From the NCBI RefSeq assembly GCF_009914755.1, contig NC_060938.1: a stretch of 64,000 nucleotides of DNA. One strand, 5' to 3'. This document shows, piece by piece, positions 11,831-24,841 of this stretch. Numbering within the stretch: the first letter of the stretch is position 1; every line of letters starts with the position of its first letter. The notes below the pieces were generated by a model that saw nothing but the letters and a program-made list of their open reading frames with translations, searched no databases and was not told the DNA's origin. The position numbers and the translations under genes were made by a program. Origin of the DNA: the human T2T-CHM13v2.0 reference genome, Homo sapiens.

Positions 11831-13156
11831 TTATTGCTTCTGTAGTCCAAAATTCTAATTTTTTAATTTTTTCCAACATTTATGCCTCTAAAAAATTTAG
11901 TTATCTTACCAAGTAAAAATTAGACATCAAATTTAGCACAGTTCTGAGTGCCTAGTGGCTACTTGAGCAATATTTGTCAGATAAATGTGTGAATAAATGA
12001 AAGACCCAAGTCTCTCTGAGAAGAAAGCACATGGTCTCTTCATAACACCAGGAGAAAGAAGAGATGTCCATCAGAACAGACGTTTCCCATTTGGGGGTTG
12101 TGTTCACTTGTTGTCTCTAATCCTTCCACCCCCTTTCTGCTTTTCCTTACCTCTGACCTATATGTTACTGCAATACCCTGTAGTTCTACTAAATTTTCAG
12201 GTTTTACTCTCCTATTGTAGAAAGTAGCCTGCCTGGGGGACTAAGGCCAAATCTAGTGACATCCTTCCTTGGAATCCCTGAACTACTATTTTAGGGATTC
12301 TCAGAAAACCCTCTGAAGTCTGAATCCTCTTTCATCTCCTGGGAATTTTACAGCTAGAGCATCAGGCTTTAAGGCTTTGAGACCTTTGCACTCTAGTGTC
12401 AGTAAAAAGATCAAGAACCAATCTCCGGGGAGGGAATAAAAACATAGGGACCCTGAATGCATAGGGCCTGAGAGGGATGGGGGATGAGGAGAAACCAGGG
12501 CTGAACCATTTCAGAGTCATTCCATGAGGACTGATGATAAGTGCAGGGCTGGCTTTGACAGGGTAGAAGGTGGCAGGAGTCAGGGCAGTGCCGGGAAAGC
12601 CCTGAGTACCCAACTCTATAGCTGCCACTTTCCAAGGATGTGGTACAGGAAGACAAGGATCACACCTCTCTGAGCATTACTTCTTAATCTAAAAAGCAAT
12701 GGGCTAGGGTGTTTTCAGTTCCTTTTGTTTGGGAAGGTGTTTGTTTGTTTGTTTTTGGTAAAGGAGCAAGACGCATTCTGGAGACAACTTCCCTGGGGCC
12801 AAGTTAGCTGTGTACAGCTCGATTTGGTCTGTGGTCTCTCCTCTGGCCTGGCCTTTTACCCTCATCAGTGGTTCTCTTGATTCTGGCGAACAGTCTCAGC
12901 ACCCTATGATGCCCATTGCACCAGCTGATTTTCAGATGTTGAAAGGCACTGCAGTATGTATGTTTCCACCTCCTGGGGAAACAAGAGAACAGGTACACCT
13001 AGCCTAAAGGGATGTTTCAAGATTTGCTAAAGGACTTTTTTTTTAAACTTCTGAGCTGACAATGGTGATCTGAATGTCAACCATTATTTTACTATTTTAT
13101 TTTGTAAATGATTAATATATTAAAGAGTCCTTGCCACATATGCACTCATTGATTCC

Positions 13157-13180
13157 GTGTGTGTGTGTGTGTGTGTGTGT
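13157..13180. repeat. (GT)12 microsatellite
   Basis: Read directly. Confidence 0.95.
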
Positions 13181-13284
13181 ATGTGTTTGATTTGATTTAG
13201 TTTCCAGAGTGGAAAAAAACCTGTTTGCTTACAAATTTATAGTCCTTCAGCAAGGAATATATGAGAAATTGATTTAGGTATCCT

Positions 13285-13560
13285 CATTCATTCAACCCAG
13301 ATATGTGGAGCATCAGCCATGTGTAGATATTATGCAGGAGTTAGAGATAAAGATAAACAAAAAATACAGCCTCTGGTTTTAAGGAACTCCTACTACAGTG
13401 GAGAAGAGATAGATATGCAAACAGGTAATTGTAATACAAAGTCAGAAATCATATAGAGGAGATGGCAATAGAGTGTTGTGGGAACACGCAGGAGGGTGGA
13501 GCAGGCTCTGGGAAATTAGCTGAAGTTTCATGGAGGACATGCTATCTGCAGATGGTGAAG
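13285..13560 (-). mobile_element. L2 3' fragment
   Basis: cattcattcaac...gagcatc...aaggaactcctactacagtggag...aggtaattgtaataca. Confidence 0.6.
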
Positions 13561-15169
13561 CTGCAAAAGTGGAATTGTACATTATTTCTCTAACCTTGAG
13601 ATGACCTTTGATTGCATAAGGGCTTAGTAATGAATCTTTCTCCTTCTCTGTGCTCTCTCTGTTCAGCAAACAATTACAATTAGCTGAAATGAATCAAAGT
13701 AAATTGTGTAGGGTTAAAAGTAAATGCTACCCTTTGTCAACATAGGTTGGCTCCTGGAAGCTGCAGAGAGCACTCCATTTTATAGTTTTTGTGATTAAAG
13801 TTTTCTCCAGCAGTCCCTTTACTGGAAATAGGTAAACAAAGCAAGTGGGCTAGCATGCAACATCACAGATCCTAGTATTTCATTCTTCCCTGCTTCTGGC
13901 GGACTTAGCAAGATGTCATCTGCCCAGCGCACAAGGAAAATAAAATTGCTTGTATGAGGCCCTGGTTACAGTGAAGAAGAGAGGAAGAAGGAGGAATTCA
14001 ATCTTTGGCTTAGAAAAATCTAATTCTCTCAAGGTATATTGAAGTTTGCAAGGCAGTTATCTTTCTGAGCAGCTAGATGCTACCTGGAAATGTAGCTTCT
14101 AATAGCCTTGGTGAGATTAAGTGAAGTTTCTGCAACTGTGGTCATCGCACACAGGTCACAAAGGTTTTGATGCCTTTCTCCCATTCCCCGCAACCCGAGT
14201 CAGCTGTACTTGTGGTCTCTTCCAGGCTCCTCTACCCCATGCGTTCCACCTCTTCCCCGCTTCCCCCAATCCACTGACACTCTCCATAGCAGGAAGGAGA
14301 AATAAATGGCTAGACAGCTTTGAAGCATCAGTTTAATAGAAATTGATGGAAGTGATTCAAGAGGGCCACCATTCTATTATTCTTGCTGCAAGAAAGGTTA
14401 TCAGGGCTTGACAGAGCCATACTCTCTTTCTGAAGTATTTTGTGACTGAGGAGTCATGATGTTTACTGGACTTGCAAGGGAATTGGGACAGAAGGGAATT
14501 GTAAAGGAAATTGAACTGTAATTGATATAAGGTCAGTCACAAGATGGTGGGAGGGAATAGAGCTATGGGATGGTTTTTGGATGGAGTGGGAAATTACTGC
14601 TCCAAAGTTGGCATGAAGACCCTTTGTTGTAAAAAGTGTAATTTGAGAAGTCAATTTGTGGGTCTAGTTTCATGATAGAGAATGTAGTCTTTCAAACTGA
14701 AATATATATTGGTAAATATGCAAACAGACTTGGTGGCACTATCTTATGTCTAATATTCTTTGCATGTAAGTTAATCTCTGAAGAAATTTAGGCTTCCTAG
14801 ACAAAAGGCACTTTAGCAGCCACCGCCTGGAATTCTGTATAATTGTATTTGGATTTTGATTTAAATTTAGTGTTTCTTCTTTTGTTTTTACTTATTTCCT
14901 TCCTTTCGTCCTCTCTTCCTCACTTCCTCCCTCTTTCTCTCCTACGTCTATGTTTCTTTCTTATTTACTTATAACTTCAGTTGCCCTTTCCAACCATACA
15001 GAAGGGATAATGTTTTATAAGTATACCCCCAAAGTCCTTGCCTATACCACAATTCAGGCTGAGAAGTGACCTTCCTGAAAAATGAGATACCCGCAGACTC
15101 ACAAGTAGCATAGCTTTTCTTTTTTGATCATTTGCAAAACAGGCATAAACTTATTATTACCTAATGATT

Positions 15170-15668
15170 CTTGTAATTCTCAATGAAAGAAACCAAGTTA
15201 AACTGCATAAGAAAGACAAAGGGAGAACTATTGGCTTACAAAAATGGGAAGTTCAAAGATAGCTCTGAGGTTCCCTCTGCTAGAGGGAAGGTCTCCAAGT
15301 ATACTGTTGGGGCTGTCTCTGCCATCGTCTCTAGACTCTGTTTCTGTTTGTGTTCTTCATGATGATAGGCTGATGGCAGCGTTAAGCTCATATCCCACAG
15401 TAAAGAGTCAAAAAGAAGGGTTCTTTTTCTGAGTTTTAGGTAGTATTCTTTTGGAAGGAAACTGACATGCTCTGACTGGCTAATGTGCCCACGGTGGCTT
15501 AGGGAGTGGAGGACAGTGATAGGTCAGGTCTTTATTCCACTCTTACAGCCAGTGAACAGGTGGGCATTGTGATGAACAGTCTTGCTGGAATCAAATGGAA
15601 TAGGAAAGAGACAGTGCCCAAAAGGAAAGAGCAGACTAAAAAGACAAATATAGCAGATGTCTACTATT
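15170..15668 (-). mobile_element. Old MLT1 (J/K/L-like) LTR remnant
   Basis: gaaagaaaccaagttaaactg...tattggcttac...ctctgactggc...atgtgcccac...aaatatagcagatgtctactat. Confidence 0.45.
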
Positions 15669-16755
15669 TTACTCTCCTGGTAGTCTCTCTTTTACATGGC
15701 TTTCACTCTGGGGAAGGATGACATTCTCTTGGTAGGAATATGCTTTGGTTCTTCTCTTTAGAAATCCAAAGTCTTATATAGACTCTGACCTCAACTTACC
15801 TTTTTGCCTTTATTTTCTTTTATTCCTAGAGTCATATCTAGGCTCCAGCCAAACATGATCAGTCATTATTCTCTGAATATTTCCTTTTCCATGGCTTTGT
15901 TTTGAGGACTCTAGGTTGTCAGACTAGGGTGCTTTCACAAATTAAAGAATAGAATTTTTAAAAACTTCTATTTTTTTATTTCTGAAATTGTACCAAGGGT
16001 TAGAATTTTTTTCAAGATGCAATAACCCTGACTGGCATTTGAATAATGTCATTTTTTTCTGGTTCTTTTGTTGCTCTTCCAGCAAATTAAAGACTGTTGT
16101 GTTATATACCGCATTGTCCTAATTTGTTATATGTCTCTCTAATTAATTTTTTTCATATTTCTTTTTAGAAATATTTTTATATCTTTTTTCTTTCATTGTA
16201 AGTATTCTGAACAATAGCAAAATACATAAAAGACGTAAATTATTGTGTTGTCAGAGGAGACTGAAATAGAGATAGTGCCCATGAATGTCTAAGAACAAAA
16301 TCAGGCCCTAGATAAGAAAATCCCCCCCAAATCTTCTGTAGCATTTTGGCTAATAGTGCCTGTTTTTCATTTTTGAGTGTGGATTGCCACTGTGACAGAT
16401 GCAACAAAAGAGGTAGGAAATTCAATAAATATATTGCAAAATTAGGATCTGGGGGAACTCCTTGGAAAGTTTGCTTTTTTTGAGTTTTTCAAGCAATGTG
16501 AAAATGGGAATATCTTCATTTCCTGTATTGTATTCTTAGATCTTTAATAACCACAATAGTATGGGGGCAGGGAAAACATTTTGCAGTTTTAGCTTATTAA
16601 CTAGTACCTTCTTTGGTTTCTAATACCCTCTTTCTCTTATTTCCCACGCTGCAGTCTTTAGTCCTTCAAGATTCAATTTGTGCTTGGCAGTCTTAGTGAA
16701 GCTATCTCTGATAGCCTGGGCTGAAAATACTGTTTCTGTCTGTCATCCTCTAAAA

Positions 16756-16944
16756 CAGTTGTTCACAAACTGTGGTCACTGTGTCAGCAGCATCAGTAAC
16801 ACCTGGGTACTTGTTAGAGCTGCAAATTCTTGGGCCTTGCTCCAGACCTACTGAATCAGAAACTCTGGCGGTGGGGCTTGGCAATCTGTGGTTTAACAAG
16901 TCCTCCAGGTGATTCTGATGCACACTAAAATCCAAGTACCCCAA
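16756..16944 (+). mobile_element. MER5A DNA transposon, full length
   Basis: Typical MER5A body; perfect 8-bp hAT TSD ctctaaaa at 16748-16755 and 16945-16952. Confidence 0.9.
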
Positions 16945-18319
16945 CTCTAAAAGTTAGCATTCTGCCTCATATTTACATGGGGAAAGTATTATATTTGCCA
17001 TAGTAGATAACATGCTACTGGGAGGAGCTTTATGTCCTATTGCTTTTTTAGGCCCGTGTAAAATGTAGAGGACATTGCAAACTGAAAGTTTGTAGACGAG
17101 CGGGCATAATAGGTTGTAGGGCTTACATAAGAAAGAGATAAGGGATCAGGATCCTAATCCAGTTTCTCAATTTTCCAAATTGCCTTCTTCTTTGACTGAA
17201 TGGACTGGATAATTATTAAATTCCTATTAAACTTTATGGCCAAATCCCTATTTTGCTTTATGTGGTGTCTGCCTGAACACAGAATAGATGTGCTCTCACA
17301 CTGTAGGCACTAGATATACATTCGTTGATGATAATCTGCTCCATTTTTGTATTCTAGCAATTGCAGTACTATTGTTTAGAGCTTTTGTGGAGTCTGCTGG
17401 TCAAGTTTAAGTAAAGGGCAAATCTCCTTTAATTTAAATATATAGAACAGTCTATTAAACATTTTTGTTCTTCAGAAGACACTGTTCCGTTCCATCAAAA
17501 TAGACTTTCACTCATTACAGGTGTTGCCGTAAGTCTACTGAGCTCTCTGGGTGTCTAACCTTGCCTTCTTGTCATCAGCTATTAAAACTACTAAAACAGA
17601 AGAATGCTTAACCACTACAGCTGTTAAAACATTAGTACGTGCTTTGGTAAGTGCAAATTTAAATACTTTGAATGGCCCCTTTAGGGGATCTTCCTTCTCT
17701 TTTTTAACTTACAATTCCATCAAAATTCAGCCATAATGTTACCTTTTTCACTCCCTGAATGTACTCATATTTCTCCACTATTCCCAGAAAAGGTTCAGTT
17801 AGCCATTGGTCTAAGGAATAGTGTTTAAGCTGTTAGTTTCTTATTTAAAATTCATCAGCCAAAACTTCAGTGACTTATTGGCATTGCCTTCTGTCTTTGA
17901 CTCCAAGCTTTTATTACCCTAAAATTTCAAATGATGCTTATAGAATGGGTCAGGATAAGACTAGCAAAAAGGGAATCAAAGGGGATTGTTTTTCATCTTA
18001 CCTGTCTTATAGAACTATAGTGCAATATCTAGCTCACAACCTATTTCTGATTCTTGAATTCTACATTTATCCCTGTTTCTCTCTTCTTATTTTAAATTCA
18101 CATTCTGTCTTATACAAATGTTGGCTTCTTGTACATTGTCTACTAAATTTTATAGGATTTTCTTCTAAACTCTCTGGTTTGCTAATTCTTCTATATTTTC
18201 TCAATTAATTTGGGCTTAAAGGAATATATCAAATGTTACCAAATTTTATAACTCAGTTTCTTACCTTTCTATACAGCTCTAGATCACTATTTTAACTATA
18301 ATCCACTTGGTTAACTAAG

Positions 18320-18460
18320 AACTTGCTACTGAAAATGTGGTCTGTGTAGCGGTATCACTGACATCATCCCAGAAATGTTGTTAGAAACGTTGACCCCTGA
18401 GCCCACCGAAGACTTAACTGAATCAGAACCTGAATTTTAAAATTTGAAAAAAACAGTTCT
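18320..18460 (+). mobile_element. MER5-family fragment
   Basis: aaatgtggtc...ttgttagaaa...actgaatcagaacctgaattttaa. Confidence 0.55.
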
Positions 18461-18920
18461 AATGGGCACCTTCCAATTAATGAAGCCTAGACAGAATTTT
18501 TGACTTTGTTCTCCATCCAGTTCCCCACCGGGTGTCCTCCCTTCCTTTTCCCCATCTCCCGCTGTCCCAGCCCCATTTCTTTCTTTCCTTCACTCCTCTC
18601 ATACAATCTGTTGAAAAGTCTTATGATATCTACCTGCAATGTACATTGCAAATGCATCCATTTGTATCATTCTTCATGATAACCACTTTCTATCACTGTA
18701 TGGTATTCACTATATATGGTCACTCATCATGAATTAAAGTTATATTTCTACAATTGTCTTTCGTCTTCAGTGCCTCCCTTCCTCTCGTCCCAACTAAAAC
18801 GTAAAATCCTTCAGAGCAGGATCTTGTCTGCCTTGTTCACCTCTGTATCTCTAGTAAATAGAATGATAAATGGTGTGGAGAAAATGGCCAAAAAACATTA
18901 ATTGAATTACTAAATGAATT
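18460..18920 (+). mobile_element. L2 fragments including 3' end
   Basis: gagcaggatcttgtctgccttgttcacctctgtatctctag...attgaattactaaatgaat. Confidence 0.6.
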
Positions 18921-20711
18921 GTGAGGGTTTTCACTTTCTCAAACAACATCAATCACAAGTTAGATGCTCCATGATAGTACAGATAGTTGAATTGGGACTC
19001 AACAGTGGCTTCTCTCTGGGTCTCATATTCTGATATGGAGAAATGATTCCACATTGAAAAGGGCATTTCCATTATGAGAAAACAAACAAGTAAATTAATA
19101 ATCAATACAGAGGATAAAAAGATTTGGGTCATATCCATATTTAGTAATGCACCAACTGTGTGACTTGAGATGTTATTTAAGTTTGGGTTTCAGTTTCCTC
19201 ATCTATAAAAGGAAGACATTGCACTACATGCAGGCTGTTTACCATGTGTCATCCTGACCAAAGGTATTCTATGGTAAATGTTTTACCTACCCATCTCCCC
19301 CATTTTTCAAAACTTTTCTGACATACGTCAATGAGTAGGTCATTTGTGCTCATGTGTTATTGCTATCAGGGGTCATGTTAGCAGCTTTGAATCAATTATA
19401 ATTTTTAATTGAAGCTGAATGTATTTAATTATATAATTTTGAGCTGTCCAGTTTTAATTCCACCAAAATTACCTCAAGAAACTGGGACACTATGAAAGAT
19501 GACTGACAAAGAGAAAAAATAGCATGACTAAAGCTTTTATATGCACGAACTCATATGTTATGTCCTATTTTTGTTATGTGTGCTAGGGGTGAGATTATTT
19601 ATTAATCTTATCAACAAAATAAGCTTAGTGTAGCCCACGTACACAAAGATTACTGATCATCTAGCCTACAGTTTAAAAAACAATAAATTTTGAAGCCTTT
19701 AGACTGAAGATTCTCTAGGATCTCTCTTTTGAAACACATAAACATGTACATACATAAACATACAAATTGCTTTCAACGGTTTATGGAATATCTTATAGCA
19801 AATTAAAGATGAGTATGTTTGTCATTCAATTATGAAAGATGTTGATATAAATAAATTTATTCATATATTTCAAAAAGTATGTAGGGCTTCCAGCCAAGGT
19901 AAAGAAACAGAGACCACATTTACTGTCTTCCCTATAATAGAAAAAACCCAGAAAATTTATGAAATGACTGTTTTTTTAGACATTGGACAACAAAGAACAG
20001 TGACCTCTGAGACATAGGATACAAGATGAGCCCTAAAAGTGCCCAAGATTACTACCTGTTGAAAGCTTCAGGCTGTAGCTCAGGGAAGGGGAGACTGACT
20101 AAGCACAATATCCTCCCAGAGTTGAGATGGAGCTGGGAGTCTGGGGAGACTAAGGCAGCTGGAACAATGGAAAGGGGAGAGCTGCAGAGAAAGGAGCTTT
20201 GGAGATCCAAAAAAGACCCTATCGAGTCTTCATCTGAATATTGAGCAGTGTATGTATGAGGAAACTAGTCAAGACTGGGAAAATAACCATCCAAAACGAT
20301 TAGCAGGAAGCATGCTGAGAACTGACACAGGACCAGAAATAGTTCCTGCCCCATTAGCCAAAGCAGAAAACTTCATAATTCATGGTACATTGGACAGAAT
20401 ACTCAGAAGAGTTTTGCTTCAATGGTGGGTTAAAATCAGACCTAGCCCTACATGCTGCAATGTTACTGCATAACAAAGCTTAAAAGTGGGCCAGAAAGTT
20501 GATTCTCTGTAACCTAACTTTGTCCCAGAACAAAGCTCAAGAATATGTACAGGAATACCAAAGTCTCCAGGACTCATTGAAATAAAATTCACAATGTCTG
20601 GCATTCAATAGAAAATAATTAAGCATGTGAAGAAGTAAGGATATACAATCCATAACCCAAAATGTCACAGAAGACTGAATTAGTAGATAAGAATATTAAA
20701 ACATATATTTA

Positions 20712-20982
20712 TTTTTTCAAAATAAATTTTATTGTGTATATTTGAGGCTTAAAACATGACGTTATAGGATACATATAGATAGTAAAATCTTATTAAAGTG
20801 AAGCTGACTGATACATCTATCATCTCACATAATTCCTTTCTTCTTGTGACAAGTGCAGCTAAATTCTACTTACTTAACAGAAATCCCTAATGCAATATAA
20901 TTTTATTAACGTTAGTCCTCATGTTGTACACTTGATCTCTAAACTTGTTCATCCTACATATCTGCCATTTTGTATCCTTTAG
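20712..20982 (-). mobile_element. L1MA (L1MA8/9-like) 3' end
   Basis: aattttattgtgtatatttgagg...ttattaacgttagtcctcatgttgtacacttgatctctaaacttgttcatcctaca. Confidence 0.75.
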
Positions 20983-21338
20983 CATACAGTATTTCATATT
21001 TTCAAGGACTTAGAGGTAAGATTGTAGATGTTAAGTAGGAATATAGAAGATATAAAAAGATCCAAATTAAACTTCTGGTCATGCAAACTATAATGTCTGA
21101 GATAAAAAAAAAAAAAAAAGAAAACTGCCCTGGATGTGACTAACATCAGATTAGGCATTGTAGAAGAAAACATAAGTAAATTTAAAGATTTAGCAATAAA
21201 CACTATCCAAAATGAAATACATAAAAGGCAAAAAAAATGAAAAATTCAAGATAACTTGAAGTTGTTTAATGTATGTGTAACTGAAATCCTCAAAAGAAGA
21301 AAGAAAGAATTGAGACAGACAATTTTTAAATAAATAAT

Positions 21339-21697
21339 TGTGGAGGAATTGAATGTGGACACAAACAACGGTCATCAAGTCCTGGAACAGGTAGCCACTT
21401 GAAGCATTTATCTGGCACTGTTTCGGAGAAATCTTTATTTCAATCTATTCCTGTGTGTTAGTTATTGAAAAACAACAGACAGTCGCAAAACAAGCTGATC
21501 TTTTTGTGTTCTTTGAGCCCAGTCATGAAGGGCCCTAGTGACTGGGCCTCACACCAAGCAAATAGTTACAAAAGAGCTAGGGTCCCAGACTACACCAAAG
21601 CTTCATGAGACCTCTCCTCATCTGTGCATGGACGGGCAGCTGACTCTGGAGCCCAAGCTGTTGCTTCCTGGTCTGGTGATGCTTCCTCCATAGTCTG

Positions 21698-21753
<56 letters not shown>

Positions 21754-21879
21754 GTATATAATATGTATATATATGTATTTTTTCTTCTCCCTTTCCCACT
21801 GTGATTTGCTTATTATATCTGTATTGACATATACTTGGGATAAAGGCTGTTTACCCTCATACATTTCCAGCACAGAACA
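21339..21879 (+). mobile_element. ERV solo LTR (LTR18-like) with internal (TA)n
   Basis: TG..CA termini with 5-bp TSD ataat/ataat; body gagctagggtcccagact...gcttcatgagacctctcctc; (AT)n 21702-21736. Confidence 0.75.
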
Positions 21880-22543
21880 ATAATGTCTGTTAATTTTTAG
21901 AATTTGAGGAAAACTTTAAACCCACAGATGCAGGAAGTTCAAAGTATAAGAAACCCTAAATACATCATAATTAATTATTTAATGATTTTCCAGAAAAGAA
22001 AAATCAGACGCTGGAGTCCTAGAACATTATTGAACCTACAAGTGGTTTGGAGACTCCTGACACAATAAATCTCAAAAATACTATGCTGAGTGACAAAAGC
22101 TAGACCACCCCTCCCCACTAAAAGAGTACATACTATATGTTTCCATAAGTATAACATTCTAAAGAATAAAAACTATAATGACAGAAATAAAATAATTTGT
22201 TTCTTGAGATGCAATGTAGGGGAGCGATGGTGAGAACAGAAGGAAAGAAGTAGAGAAAAAGACACAAGGTAACTTTTTGGGGGTGATGAGTGTGTTCATT
22301 TTTCTAATTGTGGAGATGGTTTAATGAGCCTATGCATATGTTGAAACTCATAAAATTGTGCAACTTAAATATGTGTAGTTTATTATAGGTCAGTTATACC
22401 TGAATAAAGCATTTCCTTTAAGCAAAAGTATATGGTACTTCCTATGTGTTGGTTAACATGTTAAGCACTTTATGTGGAGTGTGTCATTTTGTCTTTATAA
22501 AACCTTGTGAGATAAACACTATTATTATTCTCAGGAAGCTTAA

Positions 22544-22913
22544 TGATATTGTTTGGCTTTGTGTCCCCACTCAAATCTCATCTTGAATTGTAATCCCTAG
22601 GTATTGAGGGAGGAACCTGGTGGGAGGTGATTGAATCATGGGGGCAGTTTCCTCCATGCTCTTCTCATGATAGTGAGTGAGTTCTCACAAGATCTGATGG
22701 TTTTGTAAGTGTTTGGCAAGTTCCTTCTTCACTTGTTTTTTTTTCCTGCTGACTTGTGAAGATATGCCTGCTTTCCCTTTGCCTTCCGCTATGATTGTAA
22801 GCTTCCTGAGGCCTCCCCAGCCATGCGGAACTGCGAGTCAATTAAACCTCTTCCCTTTATAAATCACCCAGTCTTGGGTATTTTTTTATGGCAATGTGTA
22901 AACAGACTGATAA
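22544..22913 (+). mobile_element. THE1D/MSTA-type MaLR solo LTR inserted in a MIR
   Basis: tgatattgtttggctttgtgtccccactcaaatctcatcttgaattgtaatccc...gaggcctccccagccatgcggaactg...aattaaacctct. Confidence 0.92.
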
Positions 22914-23884
22914 ACTGAGTCTTGGCTAAGTAAAGTTACTAACCAAAGCACACAAAGTCAGAGAAAATGTCTAGACCTCAACTCAAGTCTTGCAGAATTC
23001 CAAAACATCTTCCCCATCCACTATTTTACATTCTAGGGTTAAATAACTGAGAAATTATTTTTGGTAATTATTTAAAAATTTCTCTTCTATGAAAGATCTT
23101 CCATTAGCATTTCAGTTTGGGGATTATAGGACATTATTAGTTTCCATTCATATTCTCTAACTCTTCGGCTTTTTCAACGTTAACTGCCCTGCCATGATGG
23201 CCTTGGGCCTTTGGGCCGACAGAGGCCAGTGGGTTCTGTTTCACAATTGCTTACACTGACTCCTGCCTGTACTTTATTCAAGGTTTCCTACTCTCCTCTC
23301 CTGCTCCTTCTCTCCTTGATTCTATGCTTCAGGCCCCAATTTTTGGTTTAGATTTTCTATTGAATTATTGCCTCATTAGGTCTCATTTTCCCAGAAAACT
23401 GTCTTTGGCCCTCTCCACCTTATATTTTGACTATTGATTCCATGGGATTCTTGGCGGTGACAGCACACAATGCTCTGGGCAGGAGACCCTGTTTCCACCA
23501 ACCTAGGCCATGCACAAATCCCATGGCTCAAATATCTCCAGAGAACAAAAGTCAGATACTGGAGTCAGTGAACCAGATAAACTTTCAGAGATTAAACAAA
23601 TTTGTTTTAAAAAAGAGTGTCTGCTATTGTGTATTGCTGTTCGGAGCTGTGCTGTACATCATCTGCTATTGTTACATTTGTTATATCAATCAATCAGAGG
23701 CAGTTATGAAACTGCCATCTCCATCCTTTTCATTTAGCAAGGCTCTCTAATTCTGCAACTATTAATAACCTTTTTATTCCTCTTAGTGTATCATCCTTCT
23801 TTTCTCTGCTGCTTTTTTGCAACTTTTTTGCTGGTACTGACTTGGCTTATGAGACAGTTGCATGCAGAGGATGTTAAGAAATTA

Positions 23885-24411
<527 letters not shown>

Positions 24412-24841
24412 TCATAAACTTGCAGTCTGGCCAAGAAGCAGAGAGTTCACATTTATCTTTCTCATATCTAGTATACTAAGGAATAATAATGAAAATAAAT
24501 GTTTGCTTCAGTAGCATGTGGGATTTTGAATTGGCACCTAAAATTCTGCTTCAAAAAGCTTCATTTCTGTGGAGTCAGAGATTTTAGAGATGAAAGCCAA
24601 ATGCTAAGTGTGTGCTTACACCTGGGCTGTAAGTCTCTCTGCCCAGTGTTTTGCTTTCACTTATCAAATGCTATGTAGGAAGAGAGGGATGCAACTTCAT
24701 GGCAGCTGATAGGAAAGAGGAAAAATTGAATATCTAGAATTACAACTGTCCATCTTGATTCTTTTGTTTATAAGCCATTAGACATTGGATGAAGTCCTTA
24801 ACCTTTATAATTTTGTTTCTTTATAAAATAGTGGTATAATA

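Larger units (their letters stand above)
19885..22410 (+). mobile_element. Old L1M pieces (5' region, ORF1 remnants, L1MC/ME-like 3' end) hosting nested insertions
   Basis: A-rich L1M 5'/ORF1-like sequence (aaaattcacaatgtctggcattcaa; agattaggcattgtagaagaaaa) and 3'-end ttttgggggtgatga...gtcagttatacctgaataaagc. Confidence 0.65.

Noticed and set aside
12151-12232. Minus-strand 82-nt exon candidate (GAG|gtaagg) upstream of the chain
   Set aside because: Weak acceptor and a stop in the frame needed; at most UTR, too speculative
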